Shown: positions 20,376 through 29,477 of the stretch, piece after piece
How the letters are laid out: each line of letters opens with the position of its first letter
How positions within the stretch are numbered: the stretch's first letter is position 1
Origin: Vulcanimicrobiota bacterium
GTDB taxonomy: Bacteria > Vulcanimicrobiota > Vulcanimicrobiia > Vulcanimicrobiales > Vulcanimicrobiaceae
Length of the DNA: 64,000 nucleotides
NCBI GenBank assembly: GCA_963812155.1
Contig: CAWETW010000003.1
Coordinates: 1,056,001 to 1,120,000 of the forward strand
Direction of reading: 5' to 3'
Translations under genes and position numbers: made by a program
The notes under the pieces: generated by a model
Database searches by the model: none
What the model was told of the DNA's origin: nothing
The model's input: the letters and a program-made list of their open reading frames with translations, nothing else

Positions 20376-20942
20376 CTACTCGGATGGGGGCGCGGCCTTC
20401 TGAGCCTGCACGGCCTCCACGTTGAGTTCGATGCGGACCTCGTCGCCGACGACCACGCCGCCGGTTTCGAGCGCAGCGTTCCAGGCAAGGCCGAAGTCTT
20501 TGCGGTTGATCGTGCCGTGCGCGGCATAGCCGACGCGGATGCCTCCCCACGGGTCCGCTGCACGACCTTCGAAACTGCCGCTGAGCCGCACGTCGCGCGT
20601 GACGCCGCGAATCGTGAGCTTGCCGTCGATCGTCATCTCTTGCGGAGTTCCCTCGATTCGCGTGCTCTCGAACGTAAGCTGCGGAAAGTTATCAACGTCG
20701 AAGAAATCGGCTGACCGTAGGTGCGCGTCGCGCTGCTCTTCGCGCGTGTCGATCGAAGTGGCGTCGATTGTGGCGGTTATCGCGGCCGGCAGGTCGCTGC
20801 CGGGCGTCAGCTCGACTTGCCCCGTGAAGGTCGTGAAGCGGCCCCGAACCTTAGTGATCATGAGGTGGCGAACGATGAACTCGACGGTCGTGTGGGCCGG
20901 GTCGAGGGTGTAGACGGTGCGTTCTTGGAGTTGGGTGGGCAC
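20376..20942 (-). CDS. YceI family polyisoprenoid-binding protein
   Basis: LDPAHTTVEFIVRHLMITKVRGRF, RDAHLRSADFFDV, INRKDFGL.WN; GGAG RBS. Confidence 0.95.
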   Translation of the reverse strand: MPTQLQERTVYTLDPAHTTVEFIVRHLMITKVRGRFTTFTGQVELTPGSDLPAAITATIDATSIDTREEQRDAHLRSADFFDVDNFPQLTFESTRIEGTPQEMTIDGKLTIRGVTRDVRLSGSFEGRAADPWGGIRVGYAAHGTINRKDFGLAWNAALETGGVVVGDEVRIELNVEAVQAQKAAPPSE

Positions 20943-20977
20943 GGTTTTCTCCTTCGTTGCGAGGATTGCGGTTGCGG

Positions 20978-21080
20978 TTAGGCGACAGGTGTCGTATACT
21001 AGCCTCGTGTCGAGTATCTACCCACCGAGTTCGAGCGTCAACCGGCAAAAAGGCGGAAGTGTTGCTTAGGCGACGGTTGT
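20978..21080. promoter_or_regulatory. Putative TetR operators between the divergent yceI-like and tetR genes
   Basis: TTAGGCGACAGGTGTCG (containing palindrome CGACA-GG-TGTCG, 20983-20994) and a related TTAGGCGACGGTTGT at 21066-21080. Confidence 0.55.
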
Positions 21081-21086
21081 GCGAAA

Positions 21087-21644
21087 GTGGCGGTTAACGC
21101 ACCGGCCGAGCGCCCGCGACGCGTCGATCCGCGGGTCGCGCGTACGCGCAAGCTCATTCGCGATGCGCTAGCCTCGTTGCTGGCGGAGAAGAATTTCGAA
21201 TCGATCAGCGTGCTCGATATCGCCGAACGCGCGACCGTGAATCGCGCGACCTTTTACGCGCACTTTACCGATAAATTCGCGCTGCTCGACGCGATGATTC
21301 GTGAGGATTTTGCCGCGCATCTCGCCGACGGCGATCCACTGAACGCTTCGCAAGTCGGCGCGCTGTTGCGCAAGACCGGTGAGAACACGTTCGGGTTCGT
21401 CGGTTTGCACCGGCGGTGCCGAGTCGATCGCGATTTCGAGCCGCAGATGCAGCGCAGCCTCGAAGCGGAGTTAACGGAGTTTCTTTCTGCGCGTTTCGGG
21501 CATTGCACGGCGATGCTCGTGGCGTCGGCGCTGGTCGGCGCCGCAATGAATTGGCGGCATCAATCCCCCAACGCTCCCGCCACGCCGATCGTAGCAAACA
21601 TCGTGCGCATTCTCGTCGACGGGGTCGGCACGACGGCACGGTAG
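21087..21644 (+). CDS. TetR/AcrR family transcriptional regulator
   Basis: DPRVARTRKLIRDA, ISVLDIAERATVNRATFYAHFTDK. Confidence 0.93.
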   Translation: MAVNAPAERPRRVDPRVARTRKLIRDALASLLAEKNFESISVLDIAERATVNRATFYAHFTDKFALLDAMIREDFAAHLADGDPLNASQVGALLRKTGENTFGFVGLHRRCRVDRDFEPQMQRSLEAELTEFLSARFGHCTAMLVASALVGAAMNWRHQSPNAPATPIVANIVRILVDGVGTTAR

Positions 21645-21827
21645 CGGGTGGGACGAGCGGCGGTCTCGGGCCACCGCAGACGTCGGATCTCGCGGCGGCC
21701 CCAAGCTGTCGATTGCCGGAACGTCATTGCAGTGCTATCGTAGGGGACTAGGGCTCGCTTGGTGGAGCTGGAGGGCCGCTCGCCGTTGCAACAGGTTCTG
21801 CGGCAAACGTACGCGTTGGAGGAATAG

Positions 21828-23048
21828 ATGAGGGCACACGTCGGCGCGACCGTTATCGCGCTTTTCGCGGCTTCAGTTTTTGCGGGCTGCTCCGGGTCAC
21901 CACAATCGGATCTCCCAGCGCCAAGCGGATACGCGGCGATCTCGTCGTCGCACGCTCAGCCGGGAGCTGAGCAGTTCCGCAGCGCTCGTCCTTTCTCGGA
22001 GTCGGTGCTCTACAGCTTCGCGAACGCCCCGGATGGTTTGGAGCCGTGGGGATCGGTCATCAACGTGAACGGCACGTTTTACGGCACGACCACGGGCGGT
22101 GGTGCGAACAATCTCGGCACGGTCTTCACCGTTTCGACCAATGGGGTGGAGCACGTGCTCTATAGTTTCGCCGGCGGTACCGACGGTGCGACTCCGTACG
22201 GCGCGTTGGTAAAAGTCGGCAGCAAGTTGTACGGCACCACCGCGTTCGGCGGCTCCAACAACAATGGGACGGTCTATTCCATCACCACGGGCGGCGCGGA
22301 AAACGTGCTCTACCGTTTTCTGGGTAACGGGGCCGACGGCGTGACGCCGTACGCTCCGTTGACGAATATCAACGGGACGCTGTACGGCACGACCGATCAC
22401 GGCGGTCCGCAAGGCAATGGCACGATCTACAGCATCACGACGTCAGGCACGTACAATTCGCTTCACGACTTCACCGGTTTTCCGAGCGACGGAGCACATT
22501 CGTACGCCGGATTCACCAACGTAGGCGGCGTCCTGTACGGTGCAACGATCGCCGGCGGCGCAAACGACATGGGAACGATTTACAGGTATACCCCGGGCGG
22601 GTCGGTGCACGTGGTATACAGCTTTGCCGGAGGGCACGACGGCGCGATGCCCTACGCCTGCTGCGTGAAAATCGGCAAGGCGCTCTACGACACGACGGCA
22701 TTCGGCGGGAAAAGCTTTGGTACGATTTTCAAAATTACGATTGCAAACGGTAAGGAGAAGGTGCTCTACCGCTTTCTCGGCGGAGCCGACGGAGCAGATC
22801 CGTATGCGGGACTCACGAACCTCAACGGAACGCTCTACGGTGTGACGCAACAACAGGGTGCTAGCGGTAACGGAACGATGTTCAGCATTGTTCCCGGAGG
22901 CGCTTACGCCAAGCTCCACGACTTTGGTGCGGCGCCCGACGCCGGAACGTCGTATGCCACCATGCTCGACGTCAACGGCACGTTGTACGGGACAAGCTAT
23001 GCGGGTGGCACCGCTGGCGCCGGAACCGTATTTGGCTTTACACCGTAG
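21828..23048 (+). CDS. TIGR03803/GloVer-type tandem repeat lipoprotein
   Basis: Repeats of VLYSF.GG.DGA.PY..L..V.GTLYGTT..GG..N.GTVF; lipobox FAGC; GGAGG RBS. Confidence 0.88.
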   Translation: MRAHVGATVIALFAASVFAGCSGSPQSDLPAPSGYAAISSSHAQPGAEQFRSARPFSESVLYSFANAPDGLEPWGSVINVNGTFYGTTTGGGANNLGTVFTVSTNGVEHVLYSFAGGTDGATPYGALVKVGSKLYGTTAFGGSNNNGTVYSITTGGAENVLYRFLGNGADGVTPYAPLTNINGTLYGTTDHGGPQGNGTIYSITTSGTYNSLHDFTGFPSDGAHSYAGFTNVGGVLYGATIAGGANDMGTIYRYTPGGSVHVVYSFAGGHDGAMPYACCVKIGKALYDTTAFGGKSFGTIFKITIANGKEKVLYRFLGGADGADPYAGLTNLNGTLYGVTQQQGASGNGTMFSIVPGGAYAKLHDFGAAPDAGTSYATMLDVNGTLYGTSYAGGTAGAGTVFGFTP

Positions 23049-23100
23049 CGGAATGTTCGAGTTGTTCAACGTGCGATATCCGCGACACGCGTACGGCGTA

Positions 23101-24087
23101 ATGCGATCGTTGCAAGCGCTTGCAGCGTCCGCTGCGCTTGGGCTGGCGGCGGGATGTGCCGGTGCCGGCTCGGTGAGTGCCGCGCCCGAGCCGTCGCCGG
23201 CAACCAGCGTGACGGTCTATGGGAATGCCGCGATGGGCGACGCCGCTCCGGCACGCATCATCGTGGGTGCTCGCACCGGGTTGCACTTCCCCAGCGCCGT
23301 CGCGATTGACGCGCACGGAAACCGGTACGTCGCCAACCGCGCCGACAATAGCGTCACCGTCTACGGCAGCAGCGCGCGCGGTAATGCGGCGCCGCTCCGG
23401 ACAATCGCCGGCGTCCGAACGGGTCTCGACCTTCCGACGGGTCTCGCGCTCGATGCGCGAGGCAACGTCTACGTCGCGAACCGGTCGGGCAACACCGTCA
23501 CGGTTTACGCTTCGGCGGCCGGCGGAAACGCCGCGCCGATTCGTACGTTAAGGGGATCGCTCACGCATCTGGATGGGCCGACAAGCATTGCCCTTGACGC
23601 GCATCAAAATGTCTACGTCACCAATCTCGCTGGCCGAAGTGTCACGACGTTCGCGCCCGGCGCGGGCGGCGACGTTGCACCGGTTCGCATAATTCGCGGT
23701 AACCGGACGCGACTGACGGCGGCCTTCGCGATCACGGTCGATCGAGGTGGGACCGTGTACGTCGTGAATTCCGACGACAACGGCGTCGAAGGCGTGCTCG
23801 TCTTTGCGCCCGGAGTTCACGGCAACGTTGCACCCGCGCGCATCATTGCCGGTTCGGCTGCAAAGCTGGAAACTGCGAGCGGTGTCGCAGTCGACGCGCG
23901 TGGGTCGATCTTCGTCTCCGACCACGGAGGGAGCGGCGGCCCCGGCGCGATCCGAGTTTTTGCGAAGGATGCCGACGGCAACACTGCTCCTCTCTATTCC
24001 ATCGCCGGCAGCGCGACGCGTTTGCGCCCGTACGGCATCACGATCGATCGTAGCGGCACCATCAACGTCGTCAATCAAGCGGAGTAA
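23101..24087 (+). CDS. NHL-type beta-propeller lipoprotein (GNxAPxRTI subtype)
   Basis: Lipobox AAGC; repeats VTVY...A.GN.AP.RTI.G..T.L..P...A.D..GN.YVAN. Confidence 0.85.
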   Translation: MRSLQALAASAALGLAAGCAGAGSVSAAPEPSPATSVTVYGNAAMGDAAPARIIVGARTGLHFPSAVAIDAHGNRYVANRADNSVTVYGSSARGNAAPLRTIAGVRTGLDLPTGLALDARGNVYVANRSGNTVTVYASAAGGNAAPIRTLRGSLTHLDGPTSIALDAHQNVYVTNLAGRSVTTFAPGAGGDVAPVRIIRGNRTRLTAAFAITVDRGGTVYVVNSDDNGVEGVLVFAPGVHGNVAPARIIAGSAAKLETASGVAVDARGSIFVSDHGGSGGPGAIRVFAKDADGNTAPLYSIAGSATRLRPYGITIDRSGTINVVNQAE

Positions 24088-24128
24088 CCGGCGTCGCAGT
24101 GCGGACTAAGAGAAAGGACTGGCGGCAC

Positions 24129-25220
24129 ATGCATTCAGCTTCACCGCGTTTCGCGTCTAATGCCCTCGCGTTTTTCATATCCTGTACGCTGCTGATCGGC
24201 TGTGCGAGCGGGGGATCGCAACTGGCTCCCGCACAGCCCATGACGCGAAACGCTTTTTCTTCGGCTTTGAGCGCCGGCGATGTGGACGAGCGCGAAACGA
24301 CGCTTGCCGGAACCGCGGGCCCGAACCTGTACGTCGCAAACACCGGCAATAATACGGTGACCGTCTACCGGCGAGGAAGCACGACCCTGCTGCGGACGAT
24401 CTCTCAGGGGATAGACGGCCCGATTGCACTGGCGTTCGGTCGCTCCGGCGAGCTCTTCGTGGCAAACGATCAAGCAAATACGGTGACGGTGTACGCCTCA
24501 GGCAGCACATCGCTGCTGCGGACGATTTCCGGATTGGATTATCCGGATGCATTGGCGGTCGGAAACTCCGGCAATCTCTACGTCGCAAACGGGAATGCGA
24601 ATACCGTCACGGTGTACGGTCCCGGCGGCCGATCGCCGTTACGGACCATCTCTCAGGGTATAGACAGCCCGCAACATCTGGCGATTGCTGCGTCGGGCAA
24701 TCTCTTCGTTGCCAACGTTAACAGTCACACCGTAACCGTGTACCGCCGAGGCAGCACAACGTTGTTGCGGACGATCTCGCAGGGCGTGTCCGTTCCGACC
24801 GCCCTGGCGTTTGACGGCAACAATAATCTCTATGTGGCCAACTGCGGTGCGAACTGTGGAGGGTCGGGGAACGGCACGGTGACGGTCTACGCCCCCGGCA
24901 GCACTTCAGTGCTGCGTACCATCTCCGAAGGCATGAACCGGCCAACTGCGCTGGCGATTAACGCGTCGGGTAAACTCTTCGTGGCGAACGATCTAGCAAA
25001 TACCGTGACGGTCTACGCTCCAGGCAGTACGTCGGTACTGCGTACCATCTCTCAGGGCATCAGCAATCCTGTTGGACTGACGTTTAGCAACTCCGGCGCG
25101 CTCTTTGTCACAAACAGCGCCGCTAACGACGTGACCGTCTATGCCAAGGGGCGGTCTGCGGTGCTGCGGACGATCTCCCAGGGCGTGAACAATCCGGGGT
25201 CGCCGGCCTTTGGGCCATAA
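24129..25220 (+). CDS. NHL-type beta-propeller lipoprotein
   Basis: Lipobox LIGC; about 7 repeats of VTVY.PGSTS.LRTISQG...P.ALA; ends AFGP like 9249..10319. Confidence 0.88.
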   Translation: MHSASPRFASNALAFFISCTLLIGCASGGSQLAPAQPMTRNAFSSALSAGDVDERETTLAGTAGPNLYVANTGNNTVTVYRRGSTTLLRTISQGIDGPIALAFGRSGELFVANDQANTVTVYASGSTSLLRTISGLDYPDALAVGNSGNLYVANGNANTVTVYGPGGRSPLRTISQGIDSPQHLAIAASGNLFVANVNSHTVTVYRRGSTTLLRTISQGVSVPTALAFDGNNNLYVANCGANCGGSGNGTVTVYAPGSTSVLRTISEGMNRPTALAINASGKLFVANDLANTVTVYAPGSTSVLRTISQGISNPVGLTFSNSGALFVTNSAANDVTVYAKGRSAVLRTISQGVNNPGSPAFGP

Positions 25221-25234
25221 GTCCCGCGAAACGT

Positions 25235-25663
25235 TCACGACGATGCGCACATTAACTCGACGGTGTTGCCTGAAGGATCGCGCACGTAGAGCGAGAGCGT
25301 TTTGCCCTGTGGATCGTCGTTGACTCGCTCTTCGACGACCTCGATGACGTGCTCGACGAGATGACGGCGCAACGCTCCTTCGTCGCTCGCGTCTAACCGG
25401 AGGGCGAAGTGGTCGACGTTGCGGCCGCCGGCAACTGTGGGTCGCGCCCACGCGCCTTCCGGCACTGCGATATCGACGACATCGATGTGCGAGGCGCCCG
25501 CGCGCAACTCGGCCATCCCGTACGCGGGCAGCCTCGTCTCCAATCGCGCGCCGAGCACCCCTTCATAGAATTCAAGCGTCTCGTCCATGCCGCGTACCAA
25601 GAGCAGCACGTGCTCGATTCCCTTCAGCGTAAAGGGTGGCCGTGACGCATCCGTATCCCGCAT
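25235..25663 (-). CDS. VOC/glyoxalase family protein
   Basis: GIEHVLLLV, FYEGVLG, NVDHFAL, SLYVRDPSGNTVEL. Confidence 0.88.
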   Translation of the reverse strand: MRDTDASRPPFTLKGIEHVLLLVRGMDETLEFYEGVLGARLETRLPAYGMAELRAGASHIDVVDIAVPEGAWARPTVAGGRNVDHFALRLDASDEGALRRHLVEHVIEVVEERVNDDPQGKTLSLYVRDPSGNTVELMCASS

Positions 25664-25735
25664 CGTTGCGCACACTTCCACTCTTGCTACGCTTCTACTT
25701 CCGGCCCGGAACCTCGCGTCGTCGATTCGCTTCAG

Positions 25736-26740
25736 CTATCTCTTGTTGCTGATCGTCGAACCAAATGGCTCCTGGAAGCTTCCGTTCTCGACGATCTTGA
25801 TCGGCGAACCGCCGGACGGGTAATCCCAGAGGCCGGCACCACCGCCGTACGATGCGACAACCTTACTCCCTTGAATCGCGAACTGATCGAGAACAGGCGT
25901 CGGGCCGAGCGGAGTCGAGCCGACTTGGGTCGCGTAGACGCCCTTTACTTTGAAGTGGTAGATCGTGCCCACCGAAGAGTCACCGATCGTCAGGTGCGTA
26001 CCATCCCACTGAATGCCGCTGACGCCGCCGATGGATTGGTTTAGAAACAGGTCCTCGAGCGACGCGGCGCTGTGAGGGAGCTCGGCGAGTACGAACGCGT
26101 CGTTGCCGAACTGCACGCCATCGACGAAGAGGTTGCCCTTGGGGTCGTAGCTGCAAAGGAACATCTCGTACATGATAGCGTCCGTGTAGTACGCCGCCGG
26201 GGTGCCCTGGGCGCCGGTGTAGATCGCAACGTTGCCCGGAGTAGTGTCGCTGTTGCTGTAGTTCGTGACGGCCAGGTTTCCGGTCGTCGGATCGACGGAA
26301 CAACCGGAAGGGTAGTAGCCCGAATCGCTCAGCGTTGCGATTGGGTTCGTGCCGCCGTGCGCGTACTCGAAGATCTGCTGGGTTCCAAAATTTGTAATGA
26401 AAACGTTTCCTGCGCTGTCGACGCACTCACCGGAAGGCGTGGCGAACCCCGTAAGCGTTCCCTTTAACCTCAGCTTCGGGTAAGAGTAGGCGTAGACGTC
26501 GTTCGTTCCGACGTCGGAGACGTAAAGGAGATTTTGCGCCTGTGCGTCGGGAGCCATTCGCGAACGGCTGTGGTCGGAATGCACGGACTGCGGTCGCCCG
26601 AAGGTGAACTGGCTTGTGCTTTGCATCGCCGGCAGCGACGAGCCGAGGCCTGCTCGTGATGCGCCGTTTCCGCACCCGGCGAGCAACGCCGCAGCAACCG
26701 CGACGCCCAGCGCACCCCAGGTTGATCTCGAGACTTTCAT
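25736..26740 (-). CDS. Secreted beta-propeller lipoprotein
   Basis: Lipobox LLAGC; LLYVSD, GECVDSAGNVFITN, CSVDPTTGNLAVTN, GIQWDG motifs. Confidence 0.85.
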   Translation of the reverse strand: MKVSRSTWGALGVAVAAALLAGCGNGASRAGLGSSLPAMQSTSQFTFGRPQSVHSDHSRSRMAPDAQAQNLLYVSDVGTNDVYAYSYPKLRLKGTLTGFATPSGECVDSAGNVFITNFGTQQIFEYAHGGTNPIATLSDSGYYPSGCSVDPTTGNLAVTNYSNSDTTPGNVAIYTGAQGTPAAYYTDAIMYEMFLCSYDPKGNLFVDGVQFGNDAFVLAELPHSAASLEDLFLNQSIGGVSGIQWDGTHLTIGDSSVGTIYHFKVKGVYATQVGSTPLGPTPVLDQFAIQGSKVVASYGGGAGLWDYPSGGSPIKIVENGSFQEPFGSTISNKR

Positions 26741-26957
26741 AAAAAGTTTGTCCTCAACGAGAGAGCGGCCGCATCGGCAGCCGCGAGCTGTGAAAGAACT
26801 AGCCTAGCACACAATAGGCCTCCGAAAGTATTTACAGCATGGCTGCCGCCGTATGAACGACTCAACGCTGACCGAACGTCGATCGACGCACCTCAGGCTG
26901 GAATCGCGCGTTCTAAAGTGGCCCTGTCATTGCGGTGAGGTTCGCTCGTGCTTGCGT

Positions 26958-27995
26958 TCACTTCTGCTCGTTGGCTGTGCGAATGGCGGGAGCGACAATG
27001 CGCGTTACGAGCACTTGCAACACGGCCGCAGCCGGGACGGCGAGGAAGGCGCCACCAATACCGAGCAAGGTTCCGCCCACGACCGTCGCCAGAATGATCA
27101 GCAGGAAGCTGAGCTGAACCCGTTGGCCGAAGACAATCGGCGAAACAACGTTTTGGTCAATCACCTGAACGACGGTGAAGATCGCTAGCGCGATGAGCAT
27201 CTTCGACCAGCCGCTCGTCGCCAATACAACCAGGAGAATGATTGGCCCAGAGATCACGGCGCCCAGCATCGGAATCGCCTGAAAGATTGCGGCGATGAAT
27301 CCCAAGAGTAAGTAATATGGAACGCCGAGGAAGGCCAGCGAAATGCCCATAACGACGCCGACGATCGAGCCGTTGATGACGACGCCCCCCACGTAAGCAC
27401 TCAGCCGCTTCCCGATGTCGTCAAGAGCGTCGCGCCACTGCGAACGCGCCCCCGGAGGCATCAGGCTCAATACGAATCGCGCGAGCTCATCGCTCGAGAG
27501 CATCCAGCCGATGGCGAGCAAAAGAATGAGGACGCCGTTGCCGATTGCCGTGGCGGCGAATGCCGTCCCGTTGAGGAGGCGAAGGCCGATGGCGCTGGCC
27601 GCATTGCCGGCACTGCCGGCTAAGGCACCGGCGATCTGGCGCGCCATCTGGTCGTTTTCGAAATGACGCTGTACGACCGCGAGTTGAGTTTGGAGCGCAT
27701 TCGCATAGCCCGGCAATGACTGGACCAACTTGACGAGCTCCGCTCCTAACGGCTGGATGAGCACGGTTCCAATTACGACGATTACCGCGATGACGGCGAC
27801 GAACGCTAGACCGACCGCAACGCCGTACGGCATTCGCTTCGCCATTCGGTCGACGATCGGCCGAAGACCCGCAGCGAAAAGCACGGCCGTAAACATCAGG
27901 AGCAACGACGAGAGTGCCCCCGAGAGCACGTCCCAGATCAATACGGCGCCAGCGACGACCGCGGCACCAATGAGCCATCCGCGTATGCTATTCAT
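26958..27995 (-). CDS. AI-2E family transporter
   Basis: LRPIVD, LGVPYYLLLG..A.IFQAIP.LG, VQVIDQNVVSPIVFG motifs. Confidence 0.9.
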   Translation of the reverse strand: MNSIRGWLIGAAVVAGAVLIWDVLSGALSSLLLMFTAVLFAAGLRPIVDRMAKRMPYGVAVGLAFVAVIAVIVVIGTVLIQPLGAELVKLVQSLPGYANALQTQLAVVQRHFENDQMARQIAGALAGSAGNAASAIGLRLLNGTAFAATAIGNGVLILLLAIGWMLSSDELARFVLSLMPPGARSQWRDALDDIGKRLSAYVGGVVINGSIVGVVMGISLAFLGVPYYLLLGFIAAIFQAIPMLGAVISGPIILLVVLATSGWSKMLIALAIFTVVQVIDQNVVSPIVFGQRVQLSFLLIILATVVGGTLLGIGGAFLAVPAAAVLQVLVTRIVAPAIRTANEQK

Positions 27996-28252
27996 TCAAT
28001 GCACCCTAACGATTCGTCAATCGCATAGGAGCCTCTCCGAAAACGTAGTTCGTAACTATGGATTCGCGGCAACCCTGCGACGCCCCCGTGCTCGACGAAA
28101 ATGCGCGCAGGTCGCTCGGCGGACGGCACACGAATGCGCGGGAGTTTCCTGGGGGTGGCGGAACGGAAGACGAACACAACTCCACGATGGCGCAGTGGAC
28201 CGTCATCCGAATGGCCATCGCCGAGCCACTTGGCCCATTCTGTTGTCGCCAT
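27992..28252 (-). CDS. Small hypothetical protein (86 aa, MATTEWAKW...)
   Basis: AGGTGG RBS-like sequence upstream; stop overlaps the AI-2E start as ATGA. Confidence 0.45.
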   Translation of the reverse strand: MATTEWAKWLGDGHSDDGPLRHRGVVFVFRSATPRKLPRIRVPSAERPARIFVEHGGVAGLPRIHSYELRFRRGSYAIDESLGCIE

Positions 28253-28423
28253 TGCAACCCACCTAAGCGCCACACAGTACGTTAACTGATGAAGCGAAAC
28301 GTGGGGCCGCCGGCCTGTGGTCAAACGCCGAGGCGTAATCCTTAGGCCTTTTTCTCATTGATTTTTAGGCATCGAGCGGCCGGCAGTCTGCCGGGCGGCG
28401 GTTGTTTCGCTTAGAATAGACCT

Positions 28424-29362
28424 ATGACGACCGATCCCTGGGGGCGGGCCCTCGCGGCTTTGGCGACCGCGGCATTTTTTGCGCTCAACGGCGCCCCAGG
28501 GCGGGCCGCCTCGCAGGAAGAGCAATGGGAGATGCAAACGGGCAGTCAACAGTTTGTGCAGATGTCACAAAGTGGGCGCATCGTTCAGGCATCGCCTTAC
28601 TACGACGTGCTCAATCCCATCGCGATGCGAATCGCTGCCGTGGCTGGTCCGCAATACTTTGCGCCGTTTCATTTCATTCTCGTAAACGGCCAGTCGCCAA
28701 ATGCGTTCGCGGTCCCCGGCGGCAATGTTTACGTGACGACCGCTATGATGACGTTTGCCAAGAACCAAGACGAGTTGGCAGGTGTCCTTTGTCACGAAGT
28801 TTCCCACAATATCCATCACGACGTGTATAACAACGCGCACAAAGGTCAAGGCCTACAGATGGCTGCCGGCGTGTTGGGAATGCTCGTGGGCTACAACATG
28901 CTGGGGCAAATGGCCGTAGGGTTAGGCGCGGGTGCACAGGCGATGACGTTCTCACGCGCAGTTGAATCCAATGCCGATCGGGCGGGTGCGTACACCTGCG
29001 CGCAAGCCGGGTTCAATCCGTATGGAATGGTCTGGCTGTTCCAGCGGTTCACTTCGAAACGGGGCGGCGGATCGCTGGAAATGCTTTCGGATCACCCGCG
29101 CGACGATCATCGCGTTTCGGATCTCGAAAATCTCTTCAAAAGCGATCCTGCGACATTCGCTCGGTTCAGCCCCGACGAAGCGCAGGGCACGCCGCTGCCT
29201 AAGTTATCGCAGGGCTATCCGTCGCAGCAAGGCTATCCGCCGCAGCAAGGCTATCCGCCGCAGCAAGGCTATCCACCGCAGCAAGGCTATCCACCGCAGC
29301 AAGGCTATCCACCGCAGCAAGGCTATCCACCGCAGCAAGGCTATCCGCAGCCGCCGCAGTAG
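28424..29362 (+). CDS. M48 family zinc metallopeptidase with C-terminal (QQGYPP)n tail
   Basis: PNAFAVPGGNVYV, ELAGVLCHEVSH (HExxH), E..AD..G, LSDHP; signal peptide. Confidence 0.92.
   Translation: MTTDPWGRALAALATAAFFALNGAPGRAASQEEQWEMQTGSQQFVQMSQSGRIVQASPYYDVLNPIAMRIAAVAGPQYFAPFHFILVNGQSPNAFAVPGGNVYVTTAMMTFAKNQDELAGVLCHEVSHNIHHDVYNNAHKGQGLQMAAGVLGMLVGYNMLGQMAVGLGAGAQAMTFSRAVESNADRAGAYTCAQAGFNPYGMVWLFQRFTSKRGGGSLEMLSDHPRDDHRVSDLENLFKSDPATFARFSPDEAQGTPLPKLSQGYPSQQGYPPQQGYPPQQGYPPQQGYPPQQGYPPQQGYPPQQGYPQPPQ
29210..29349 (+). repeat. 18-bp coding tandem repeat, about 8 units (CAAGGCTATCCRCCGCAG)
   Basis: Directly visible; encodes 8 GYP-containing hexapeptides. Confidence 0.95.
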
Positions 29363-29477
29363 CGCGGCCTTCCGAGGACGCGATTGCGCGGCGCCGAACG
29401 GCTTACCCGGCATCGATGGAACGTCGCGGCATGAGTAGAAGACACCCCAGCATTCACTTCTGGTGTGAGTCGATTTA

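Noticed and set aside
29210..29349. Tandem repeat as a CRISPR array
   Set aside because: No unique spacers, 18-bp in-frame coding units, no cas genes in the window.
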